This document shows positions 53,947-62,620 of a DNA stretch of 64,000 bases, piece by piece. Below the pieces are notes generated by a model. The model ran no database searches. It saw only the letters and a program-made list of their open reading frames with translations, and was not told where the DNA came from. Source of the DNA: Planctomycetota bacterium (GTDB lineage: Bacteria > Planctomycetota > UBA1135 > UBA2386); the NCBI GenBank assembly GCA_046290465.1, contig JBKAGP010000001.1:5344001-5408000 (forward strand), in the 5' to 3' direction. The position numbers and the translations under genes were made by a program. Within the stretch, counting starts at the first letter, position 1. Every line of letters starts with the position of its first letter.

Positions 53947-56204
53947 TTGTCCTCCTGGCGGCGGTAGTCGACTTGCAGTTCGGTGCCTGCCGCGGTGGCG
54001 GTCACGGCGACGCGCACCTCGCGGTGCTTGCCGTCCTCGACCAGCAGCAGCGGCGACTGCGCGCAGCGCACCAGCAGGAAGCCGCCGACCAGCGCGGTGT
54101 GCTCGTCGACGAGCTTCAGGTTCTCGTCGCGGGCCAGGCGCAGTACCAGCTGGCCGTCGCCGACCAGCTGCATCGTGCGCTCGAGGACCGTGGCCTCGCC
54201 GTCGCGCCGTTCGCGCGGCGTGTCGGTGATCTGCACGTCACAGCAGGTGTAGCGGAACGACGGCCGCTGCTGCGCGTCGAGGTCGTAGCCGAGCCAGCGG
54301 TCGCCGCGCTCGCGGCGGGTCGTGGCCGGCCAGCTCGCCTGCGCGACGTTCGAGGGCGCGAACTGCGGCTGCAGCGGCAGCCGGGCGCGGCGCCGTTCGA
54401 GCACGTGCGCCTGGCCGCTGCCCTGGCTGGTCCACACCGGCCGCGCGTCGACGAAGCGGCCCCACCAGATCTGGTTGAGCACCAGCGTCTCGGCGTCGAA
54501 CGTCAGGTTGACGCCGCCCGGGTAGCCGACGCTGATGCCGCGCTTGCCGGTGTTCTGCACCGCGCGCCGCAGCATCACCGCTTCGTCGGCGACCGTCAGC
54601 TCGATCGGCGGCCGGCGCAGGCCGCTCGGCTTGCGCACGTTGCGACCCTTGGCGAGGTAGTGCCAGAGCCCGGCGAGCTGCGCGTCGACGTCGCCGTCGG
54701 CGAGCTCGGGGCGGGTCGACGTGCCGCCGGGGAAGAACTGCGGCATCAGCGTGCCCGGCTTGAACGCGAACGGGTCCTTCATGAAGTGCACGAACCACTC
54801 CGGCCGCAGCCGTTCGCCGGTCGAGTGCAGCAGGTCGATGCCGGCCATCGAGCCGCCCTGCTCGCCCGCGAACAGGTGGCACGCGATGCAGCCCATGCCC
54901 TTGTCGCCGGCCAGCTGCTGGCCGAGCTTGACGACCTCGTCGGCCTGCTTGCGGTCTGCGGGCAGCGGTGCGATCGCAACCGGTTCGAGCGTGTCGGTCG
55001 CGGCCAGGTCGTCGGCGAGCCGTTCGGCGAACGCGACGCCGAAGCCCGGCATGCGCGTCTTCAGGTACGGCCGTTCGTGCTGGCCGTGCGCGATCGTGTT
55101 GCCCAGCCACGCGCGCTGCAGCTTGGCGCCGACGCCGGTCAGCGGCGGCGGCACGCGGCCTTCGGGGCCGAGCGTCGGATCATGGCTGTCGAAGCGGTCG
55201 GCGTGCGCGTCGAGCAGGTCGATCTCGCCGCGCACGTGGCAGGCGATGCAGTTGCGCGAGGCGAGCTGCTGGCGGATGCGCGCCTCGCCCGCCAGCGGGT
55301 TGCCCTGCAGCGCGAGCGCCAGGTCCTGGCGCTGCCGTTGGTCGAGCGCGTAGTAGGGCCACGCACCGACCGTGCCCGACAGGCAGCCAGCGCTGGCGTC
55401 CAGTTCGGCGAGCGGTCGGGCCTGCTTGCTGGCAGGACGCGCCGCGTCCTCGAGCTGGTGGCAGTTGCCGCAGCCCAGCTCGGCGAAGTGGGCGCGGCCG
55501 GCTTCGACCGCGGCCGCCGTCGACGGCTGGGCCGGCACCGACGAGGCCGGGTCGCGCAGCAGGTGGTTGGCGAGCGCGTTGGCCTCGGTCGGCGACAGCT
55601 CGAACTCCGGCATGCGCGCCGCCGGCCGCGCCCGGTGCGGCGCCAGCAGGAACGCCTGCAGCGAGGCGATCGTGTACTTGTCGCGCAGGTTGTGCATGCC
55701 CGCCGGGTTCTGGTCGTGGCAGGCGCGGCAGCCGAGCGTGTCCCAGAGCTGCTGGCCCGGCGCGACCGCGGCGGCGTCGGCCGGCACGTCGTCGAGCACG
55801 GCGGTCGCGAACGACTGCAGGTAGCTGGCCAGGGAGTCGGCGGTGTCGCGCGCCGTGCTGCCGTCGACGGCGCGCAGCAGGTCGGGCATCGCGGTGCCCG
55901 GCTCGACGTGCAGCGGCGAGGCGAGGTAGTGGCGCAGGTAGTCGCCGCGCACGCGCGCGCCGACCGTCTGCAGGTCGGGCGCGGGCCGCGCTTCGGCGAG
56001 CCCGTCCGGATCGGCGTGGCAGTTGGTGCAGCCGAGTTCGCCGAGCAGCACGCGGCCGCGAACGATCGGTTCGAACTCGGCTTCGGCGAGGCCGGCGACG
56101 ACCGGGGCGTGGTCGGGGCGTTCGACGGGCGACCCGCAGCTCGTCGTGGGCAGGACGAGCGCGAGCCACGCGGCGCCGTGGCGGGCGATGGACGGACGCG
56201 GCAT
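53943..56204 (-). CDS. pentaheme c-type cytochrome (probable lipoprotein)
   Basis: CTNCH, CRACH, CGNCH, CIACH, CIACH; distal xMP motifs (AMPDL, RMPEF, RMPGF, LMPQF); TTSC lipobox-like. Confidence 0.87.
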   Translation of the reverse strand: MPRPSIARHGAAWLALVLPTTSCGSPVERPDHAPVVAGLAEAEFEPIVRGRVLLGELGCTNCHADPDGLAEARPAPDLQTVGARVRGDYLRHYLASPLHVEPGTAMPDLLRAVDGSTARDTADSLASYLQSFATAVLDDVPADAAAVAPGQQLWDTLGCRACHDQNPAGMHNLRDKYTIASLQAFLLAPHRARPAARMPEFELSPTEANALANHLLRDPASSVPAQPSTAAAVEAGRAHFAELGCGNCHQLEDAARPASKQARPLAELDASAGCLSGTVGAWPYYALDQRQRQDLALALQGNPLAGEARIRQQLASRNCIACHVRGEIDLLDAHADRFDSHDPTLGPEGRVPPPLTGVGAKLQRAWLGNTIAHGQHERPYLKTRMPGFGVAFAERLADDLAATDTLEPVAIAPLPADRKQADEVVKLGQQLAGDKGMGCIACHLFAGEQGGSMAGIDLLHSTGERLRPEWFVHFMKDPFAFKPGTLMPQFFPGGTSTRPELADGDVDAQLAGLWHYLAKGRNVRKPSGLRRPPIELTVADEAVMLRRAVQNTGKRGISVGYPGGVNLTFDAETLVLNQIWWGRFVDARPVWTSQGSGQAHVLERRRARLPLQPQFAPSNVAQASWPATTRRERGDRWLGYDLDAQQRPSFRYTCCDVQITDTPRERRDGEATVLERTMQLVGDGQLVLRLARDENLKLVDEHTALVGGFLLVRCAQSPLLLVEDGKHREVRVAVTATAAGTELQVDYRRQEDK

Positions 56205-56253
56205 GCCGCGGAGCATACGTCCCGCGCGCGCGGACCGTAGGATCTCGGCCACC
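56205..56253. promoter_or_regulatory. putative bidirectional promoter with back-to-back -10 boxes
   Basis: TATGCT on minus (56212-56217, 7 nt before ATG 56204) and TAGGAT on plus (56238-56243, 10 nt before ATG 56254), all in a 49-bp gap. Confidence 0.55.
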
Positions 56254-57210
56254 ATGCGACCGTTGTTTTCGCCGCGTCTGCTGCTGTTGCTGTCCGTTCT
56301 GCCGTTCGCCGCATGCGCTGCGGGGCCAGCGAGGCCGGCGCTCGACGGTCCGATCGCGATCTCGACGTGGCCGTTCGGCCGGTTCGCCAACGACGAGGCG
56401 ATCGCGGCGTTCGCCAGCGGCAGGTCGCGCATCGACGCGATCGAGCTCGGCATCCGCGAGATCGAACGGCGCAGCTCGGATGGTTCGGTCGGCATCGAGG
56501 GGCGGCCCAACGCGGCCGGCTACCCGCAGCTCGACGCCTGCATCATGGACGGCCCCGGTCATCGCGCGGGCAGCGTCGCGGGCATGGAGGGCATCGTCTA
56601 CCCGATCAGCGTGGCGCGCCTGGTGATGGAGAAGTGTCGCCACGTGATGCTCGTCGGCGAGGGGGCGCGCTGGTTCGCGCTCGAGCACGGCGTCGAGTCG
56701 ATCGACGTGTCCGGCTACGACGAGCAGAAGGCCGCGTGGCAGGCGGGCCACCGCCCGCAGGATCCCGACACGCGCGGCCACGACACCATCGCGCTGCTGG
56801 TTCGCGACGCCGACGGCCACCTGGCGGGAGGCTGTTCGACCAGCGGGGCTGGCGGCAAGCTGCCGGGACGCGTCGGCGATTCGCCGATCCTCGGCGCCGG
56901 CCTCTACGTCGACGACCAGGTCGGCGCCGCCGGCGCGACTGGCCTCGGCGAGAACATCATGCGCCACTGCGGGGCGTTCCTGGTGGTGGAGCTGATGCGG
57001 CAGGGGCTGTCGCCGCAGCGCGCCTGCGAGGAGGCGATCCACCGGATGGCGGCGATCGATCCGCGCGGCTACGAGCTGAGCGCGTGCTTCGTCGCGCTCG
57101 ACAAGCAGGGCCGCTACGGCGCGGCGTCGTCGAGCCAGCGGTTTCCGTTCTGCGTCGCGACCGAGCGCGGCAGCGAGGTGTTGCGGGTCGAGAAGGTCAC
57201 GCCGCGTTGA
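56254..57210 (+). CDS. N(4)-(beta-N-acetylglucosaminyl)-L-asparaginase / isoaspartyl peptidase family (Ntn hydrolase)
   Basis: ISTW, LDACIMDG, HVMLVGEGA, autocleavage HD|TI, STSG..K.PGRVGDSPI.GAG, ATGLGE; lipobox-like FAAC. Confidence 0.9.
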   Translation: MRPLFSPRLLLLLSVLPFAACAAGPARPALDGPIAISTWPFGRFANDEAIAAFASGRSRIDAIELGIREIERRSSDGSVGIEGRPNAAGYPQLDACIMDGPGHRAGSVAGMEGIVYPISVARLVMEKCRHVMLVGEGARWFALEHGVESIDVSGYDEQKAAWQAGHRPQDPDTRGHDTIALLVRDADGHLAGGCSTSGAGGKLPGRVGDSPILGAGLYVDDQVGAAGATGLGENIMRHCGAFLVVELMRQGLSPQRACEEAIHRMAAIDPRGYELSACFVALDKQGRYGAASSSQRFPFCVATERGSEVLRVEKVTPR

Positions 57211-57271
57211 TCGACGGCCCGCGCGCACGTGGGATGGTGACGCGGTCGCGCCCGTGCGGCAGACTGCATGC

Positions 57272-58582
57272 ATGCGCATCCCGGCCTCGTCCGTCGTCCT
57301 CGCCTCGTGGGTCGCGTGCCTCGGCTCGTCGGCCGTGGCCCAGCAGCCGGTCGAGACCTACCTCGACGACCAGAAGCAGCACCTCGAAGCGCTCTACCGC
57401 CACCTGCACCAGCACCCGGAGCTGTCGTTCCGCGAGGTGAAGACCGCGGCGCGCATGGCCGAGGAGCTGCGCGCGCTCGGCATCGAGGTGACCGAGAAAG
57501 TCGGCGGCACCGGCGTCGTCGGGGTGCTGCGCTGCGGCGACGGGCCGGTCGCGCTGCTGCGCGCCGACATGGACGCGCTGCCGGTCGCCGAGGAGACCGG
57601 GCTGCCGTATGCGTCGAAGATCCGCGCCGACAGCGCCGACGGCCGCGCGATCGGGGTGATGCACGCGTGCGGTCACGACCTGCACATGACCTGCCTGATC
57701 GGGGCGGCTGGCTACTTCGCCAGGCACCGGGACGCGTTCGACGGCACCATCGTGTTCCAGCTGCAGCCCGCCGAAGAACGTTCGGGCGGCATGAACCGGA
57801 TGATCGACGACGGGCTGCTGACGCGCTTCCCGCGCGCCGACTTCGCGATCGCGCTGCACACGACGCACGACCTGCCGGTCGGCAAGGTCGGCCTGCGCGC
57901 CGGCCCGGCGATGGCCAACGTCGACAGCTGCGACATCACGCTCTACGGCAAGGCCGGCCACGGTGCCGCGCCGCACCTGACCATCGATCCGATCGTGCAG
58001 GCGGCCAAGCTGGTGCTCGACCTGCAGACGATCGTGTCGCGCGAGGTCGACCCGGTCGACGCGTGCGTGATCACCGTCGGTTCGATCCACGGCGGCCAGA
58101 AGCACAACATCATCCCGTCGTCGTGCCTCCTGCAGCTGACGATCCGCAGCTACACCGACGAAGTGCGCGAGCAGATGCTGGCGGCGATCCGGCGCAAGGC
58201 GGCGGCGGCCGCGGCGTCGTGCGGCGCCAAGGCCCCGAAGGTCGAGTTCAGCGAGAGCACGCCGGCGCTGCGCAACCACGCCGAACTGACCGCCAAGGTG
58301 CGCGCCGGCATCGCCTCGGTGCTCGGCGCCGAGCAGGTCGTCGAGGTCGCGCCGGCGATGGTCGCCGAGGACTTCGGGCGGCTGCGCGGCCAGGGGGTGC
58401 CGCTGTGCATGTTCCGGCTCGGCACGATCGCGCCGGAACGGCTCGCGGCGATGCGACGGGCGGGCGACGTCCCGGGTCTGCACAGCGGCGGCTACTACCC
58501 CGACTACGCGTCGGCGCTGCGCGTCGGGGTGCGCGCGCTGGTGGCCGCGACGCAGCGCGCGGGGCGGGCGAACGACAAGTAG
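57272..58582 (+). CDS. secreted M20D amidohydrolase
   Basis: HLHQHPELSF.E, LRADMDALP, MHACGHDLH, QPAEE, GHGAAPH, AEDF, GLHS; signal peptide VA|Q. Confidence 0.93.
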   Translation: MRIPASSVVLASWVACLGSSAVAQQPVETYLDDQKQHLEALYRHLHQHPELSFREVKTAARMAEELRALGIEVTEKVGGTGVVGVLRCGDGPVALLRADMDALPVAEETGLPYASKIRADSADGRAIGVMHACGHDLHMTCLIGAAGYFARHRDAFDGTIVFQLQPAEERSGGMNRMIDDGLLTRFPRADFAIALHTTHDLPVGKVGLRAGPAMANVDSCDITLYGKAGHGAAPHLTIDPIVQAAKLVLDLQTIVSREVDPVDACVITVGSIHGGQKHNIIPSSCLLQLTIRSYTDEVREQMLAAIRRKAAAAAASCGAKAPKVEFSESTPALRNHAELTAKVRAGIASVLGAEQVVEVAPAMVAEDFGRLRGQGVPLCMFRLGTIAPERLAAMRRAGDVPGLHSGGYYPDYASALRVGVRALVAATQRAGRANDK

Positions 58583-58634
58583 GGCCGGCCGACGGCGGGC
58601 CCGCGCACGGCGGTGGTCGCTCGATCGCTGCGCA

Positions 58635-58820
58635 TCATTCGGCGGGATCGCCCGCACAGGTGCCGTTGCAGACTGCGCCGCAGTGCGCACACAGCGCCGC
58701 GAGCGCGGCACGGCCGCAGTGGGGGCAGCGGTCGTCGGCCGGCCGTTTCTCCGGCACCGAGCCACAGTTTCGGCAGATCAGGGCCTCGCCGCCTCGCGGC
58801 GCGTCTGGTTGGGGTTCCAT
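58635..58820 (-). CDS. small Cys-rich zinc-ribbon-like protein (61 aa)
   Basis: GAGG 4 nt before ATG; CRNC, CPHC, CAHC, CNGTC; lies in an otherwise empty gap. Confidence 0.55.
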   Translation of the reverse strand: MEPQPDAPRGGEALICRNCGSVPEKRPADDRCPHCGRAALAALCAHCGAVCNGTCAGDPAE

Positions 58821-58901
58821 CCGCCTCGGCCGGCGCCGGTGGCTGCGCGGACCCGCCACTTTTTCTCGCCACGGACGACGCAGACGCTAGGGTTTCGCCC
58901 C

Positions 58902-59657
58902 GTGAACCTCGTCCAGCGCAAGCTCTTGATGGGTGGGCTGGTGGCTGCGTTCGCGGTGCAGACCGCCCTCGTCTACACCGATGATACGGCTTCTTCGTTC
59001 GAGACCCTGAGCGAGGAGGCGCTGCGCGGCCGCCGCCTCTGGCACGAATACAACTGCCAGACCTGTCACCAGATCCACGGGTTCGGGGGCTTCCTCGGCC
59101 CCGACCTGACCAACGCCGCCCGCCGTCTGACCGACGAGCGCCTCACCGAGGTGCTGACCGTCGGCACAGCGCAGATGCCGGCGTTCCACTTCGACGAGGA
59201 CCAGGTCTACCAGCTCGCGACGTTCCTCGACGAGCTGAGCGTGATGGGGGTCGGCGTGCCGCGTGCGGTGCAGCCGGTCGACCTCGGCGTGGTGCTGGCC
59301 GCGATCGATTCGCGGCTGGCGGAGGCCAGCCCGGGCGAGGCCGTCGCGCGCGGTGCCGGCGCGTTCAAGATGAACTGCATCTCGTGCCACGTGCCGCTGC
59401 AGGCGACGCCGCTCGGCCTGCAGACGGCGCCTGACCTGTCGACCGCGCTGCGGCGCATCGACGAGGCCGCGGTGCGCGACACGATCACCAACGGCCGCCC
59501 CGAGCGCGGCATGCAGGCGTGGCAGCACCTCGGCGAACAGCCGATCGCGGACCTGACCGCGTTCGTGAAGTGGCTGAACGACGACCGTGACGCGATCGCG
59601 GCGCAGGCCGGCGGCGCGGGCGTGGCCCAGCCGATTCCGTGGTGGGAGTACCGATGA
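58902..59657 (+). CDS. membrane-anchored diheme cytochrome c, NorC-like
   Basis: N-terminal TM; GRRLWHEYNCQTCHQIHGFGGFLGPDLT..QMPAF; second domain CISCH..APDLS..RGMQAW. Confidence 0.85.
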   Translation: MNLVQRKLLMGGLVAAFAVQTALVYTDDTASSFETLSEEALRGRRLWHEYNCQTCHQIHGFGGFLGPDLTNAARRLTDERLTEVLTVGTAQMPAFHFDEDQVYQLATFLDELSVMGVGVPRAVQPVDLGVVLAAIDSRLAEASPGEAVARGAGAFKMNCISCHVPLQATPLGLQTAPDLSTALRRIDEAAVRDTITNGRPERGMQAWQHLGEQPIADLTAFVKWLNDDRDAIAAQAGGAGVAQPIPWWEYR

Positions 59658-61015
59658 CCGACGATTTCACCGACGCGATGCTGCAGAAGACCAGCGGCGT
59701 GCAGGTTCGCATGGCGCTGATCTGCGTGCTGGTGACCGTCTTCGGCGGCGCGTTCAGCGCGCTCTACTACATCCCTTCGGTCGCGACCGCGCTCAACGAG
59801 ATGGGCGTGCAGATGACCTCGATGCGTCCGATCCACACCGCGTTCGCGTCGATGTGGATCTTCGGCGCGAGCGTCGCGGTCGCCTACCACTGGATGGCGA
59901 CCAGCCACGACGGCCTCGACCGCGGCGACCTGCTGCGCTTCCGCATCCACACGGTCTGCTGGATCGTCGCCGGTGTCGGCATCTTCGCGACGCTGCTGTC
60001 CGGCATCAGCACGGGTCGCGAGTACCTCGGCTTCCACCCGGCGTTCAGCGCGATCCTGCTGTTCGGCTGGCTGTGCTTCGCCGTCAGCCTGCTCAAGCGC
60101 TTGCGTCACGGCTTCTGGGGCCAGCCGATCTACATCTGGTTCTGGACCGTCGGCACGCTGTACTTCGTCTACACGTTCGTCGAAGGCCACGCCTACCTGC
60201 TGCCCGGCGTGTTCGAGAGCCCGATCCGCGACCTGCAGGTGCAGTGGAAGTCGTGCGGCACGCTGGTCGGCTCGTTCAACTTCCTGATGTACGGCTCGCT
60301 GACCTACGTCGGCGAGAAGATGTCGGGCGACAAGACCTACGCGCAGTCGCCGGTGGCGTTCTGGCTGTTCGGCGTCGGCTGCCTCAACAGCTTCACCAAC
60401 TACGTGCACCACACCTACCACCTGCCGCAGACCGAGGTGGTCAAGTGGGTGGCGTTCATCGTGTCGATGATGGAGATCATCATCCTCATCAAGCTGATGA
60501 TGGACCTCGGCAGGATGTTGCGCGGCAGCAAGGTGCAGTTGCCGTTCTGCGGCCGCGGCGGCTGGTTGACGCAGGCCAAGTACTGGACCGTCGCGATGTT
60601 GACGACGTCGATCATCATCTCGGTGCCGACGTTCAACACGCTGATCCACGGCACCCAGCTGGTCATGGGCCACGCGATGGGCGCGACCGTCGGCATCGAC
60701 ACGCTGGTGCTGCTCGGCACCTCGTCGTGGCTGGTCTACGAACTGCGCGGCGAGGCGATCCAGGCCCGCATGAACGCGCCGATCACCCGCTTCGCGATCC
60801 TGCTGATCAGCGTGTCGCTGGCGGTGCTGGTGATCTGGCTGAGCGTCGCCGGCTTCGCGCACGGATCGAGCCGCTACTATGGCGAGCCGACGCCGGAGTG
60901 GGTCGGCACCAGCCGGCTGCTGCTGCCGGTCGTCGGCTCGGCGCTCGGCGTGGGTCTGGTGATCGCGACGTGGCGATTGCTGTCGATGATGCGCAGCCGC
61001 GCGGCGGCGGCGTGA
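59654..61015 (+). CDS. heme-copper oxidase superfamily subunit I, cNOR/cbb3-related, non-canonical ligand set
   Basis: About 12 TM; RPIHT, GREYL, VQWKSCG, YVHHTYH, SMMEI, HGTQLVMGHAMG. ATGA overlap with the cytochrome gene. Confidence 0.87.
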   Translation: MTDDFTDAMLQKTSGVQVRMALICVLVTVFGGAFSALYYIPSVATALNEMGVQMTSMRPIHTAFASMWIFGASVAVAYHWMATSHDGLDRGDLLRFRIHTVCWIVAGVGIFATLLSGISTGREYLGFHPAFSAILLFGWLCFAVSLLKRLRHGFWGQPIYIWFWTVGTLYFVYTFVEGHAYLLPGVFESPIRDLQVQWKSCGTLVGSFNFLMYGSLTYVGEKMSGDKTYAQSPVAFWLFGVGCLNSFTNYVHHTYHLPQTEVVKWVAFIVSMMEIIILIKLMMDLGRMLRGSKVQLPFCGRGGWLTQAKYWTVAMLTTSIIISVPTFNTLIHGTQLVMGHAMGATVGIDTLVLLGTSSWLVYELRGEAIQARMNAPITRFAILLISVSLAVLVIWLSVAGFAHGSSRYYGEPTPEWVGTSRLLLPVVGSALGVGLVIATWRLLSMMRSRAAAA

Positions 61016-62106
61016 TCTACGCCAACGCTGCCGGCACCAGCTGGCCGAAGCCGCCGGGCGTCGTCTCGGCGGCCGAGCGGGCGATGCTCGCCGAGCCTGC
61101 CGCCAACGCCGAGCTGTATCGCGACGGCCACGCGGCGGTGCGCCGGTTCTTCGGCATCCCGGAGGCCTCGGCAGGACGGCTGCTGCTGGCGCCGTCGTGC
61201 ACGTCGGCGCTGGCGGTCGCGCTGGCCGACCTGGTCTGGAACGAGGGCGACGTCGTGCTGACGTCGTCGCTCGAGCACCACGCGCTGGCCCGGCCGGTGC
61301 AGAAGCTGGTCTGGGAGCGCGGCGTCGTGCACGAGCAGGTGCCGTATCGCGTCGATGCGCCGCTCGACCTCGCGTGGGTCGAGCAGCGGTTGCGCGCGGG
61401 CGCAGTCCGGATGATCGCCGTGACCGGAGCGAGCAACGTCACCGGCGAACTGCTGCCGGTCGCCGAACTCGCGGCGCTGGCCAGGGCGCACGGCGCGCTG
61501 CTGTTGCTGGACGCAGCACAGGTGGCCGGCGTGGTGCCGGTCGACGTCGCGGCGCTCGGCGTCGACCTGCTGGTGTTCGCCGGGCACAAGGCGATGCTGG
61601 GACCGCTCGGGATCGGCGGGCTGTGGGCTGCGGAGCACGTGCGCTTCACCTGCCCGACGGCGACCTGCGAGATCGGCGGCGATCCTGCCGTCGGCGTGCG
61701 CGCGCCGTTCCCCGGCTTCTGCGACCTGGGCTCGGTCAACTTCCCGGCGCTCGCGGGGCTGACCGCGGCGCTGCGCTGGCACCGACAATGCGACGACGAG
61801 CAGCGCGAACGGCCGCGTCGACTCGCACGCCACCTGCTCGACGCGTGCCGCGAACGCGAGGGCTGCCACGTGCTCGGCGGCGACGGCCCGCGCACGGCGA
61901 CGGTGTCGCTGCTGCTCGACCGGGTGCCGCTCGACCAGGCGCAGCAGCACTTCCGCGAGCACGGCGTGGTGGTGCGCGCCGGCACGCACTGTGCACCGAT
62001 GGCGCTCGCGGCGCTCGGCCGGCCCGACGGCTGCATCCGGGTCAGCTTCGGGCCACACAACGTCGACGAGCACGTCGACGCGGTGCTGGCGGCGATCGAC
62101 GCCTGA
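61012..62106 (+). CDS. class V PLP aminotransferase, cysteine desulfurase-like
   Basis: [38 protein letters not shown] (PLP Lys), VRAGTHCAP (catalytic Cys), IRVSFG. GTGA overlap. Confidence 0.88.
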   Translation: MIYANAAGTSWPKPPGVVSAAERAMLAEPAANAELYRDGHAAVRRFFGIPEASAGRLLLAPSCTSALAVALADLVWNEGDVVLTSSLEHHALARPVQKLVWERGVVHEQVPYRVDAPLDLAWVEQRLRAGAVRMIAVTGASNVTGELLPVAELAALARAHGALLLLDAAQVAGVVPVDVAALGVDLLVFAGHKAMLGPLGIGGLWAAEHVRFTCPTATCEIGGDPAVGVRAPFPGFCDLGSVNFPALAGLTAALRWHRQCDDEQRERPRRLARHLLDACREREGCHVLGGDGPRTATVSLLLDRVPLDQAQQHFREHGVVVRAGTHCAPMALAALGRPDGCIRVSFGPHNVDEHVDAVLAAIDA

Positions 62107-62170
62107 TGCTGCCGCGGGGCGACGGCGCGGCTGCGTGGAGACGGCGTTGCCGCGCGGCTACGTTCGCGGC

Positions 62171-62509
62171 ATGGAGACCATCGACTGGAGCGACTTCGAG
62201 CGCGTGCAGATCCGGGTCGGCACGATCCTCGAGGTGCTGCCGTTCCCGGAGGCGCGCAAGCCTGCCTACCGGCTGCGCATCGACTTCGGTCCGGAGATCG
62301 GCGAGCGCAAGTCGAGCGCCCAGATCACGGACCTCTACCAGCCGGACGACCTGGTTGGGCGCCAGGTGCAGGCGGTCGTCAACTTCCCGCCGAAGCAGAT
62401 CGGTCCGATGCGTTCGGAGTGCCTGGTGACCGGCTATGCGCACGAGGACGGCGCGATCGTGCTCGCCGGACCGGAGCGGCCGGTGCCCAACGGGGCGCGC
62501 CTGGTCTGA
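62171..62509 (+). CDS. csaA: CsaA tRNA-binding / secretion chaperone
   Basis: [53 protein letters not shown]. Confidence 0.93.
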   Translation: METIDWSDFERVQIRVGTILEVLPFPEARKPAYRLRIDFGPEIGERKSSAQITDLYQPDDLVGRQVQAVVNFPPKQIGPMRSECLVTGYAHEDGAIVLAGPERPVPNGARLV

Positions 62510-62620
62510 ACGGCTTCGCTGCTGTCCGCTGCGAGGGCTGCCGGTTGGTCCGGCCGGGCGGGCACCCGGTCGGAGTGCCGTGGCTATGGCAAATCCCGCC
62601 GCGCGGCGTACACCGGCGCC

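Noticed and set aside
58821..58901. FNR/DNR box upstream of the NorC-like gene
   Set aside because: No TTGAT-N4-ATCAA-like site is visible.
59654..61015. Calling the gene norB, ccoN or nitric oxide dismutase (nod)
   Set aside because: It lacks the helix VI His and Glu of NorB and the His of CcoN, and there is no ccoOQP. Nod is a longer single-subunit qNor-like protein with different substitutions.
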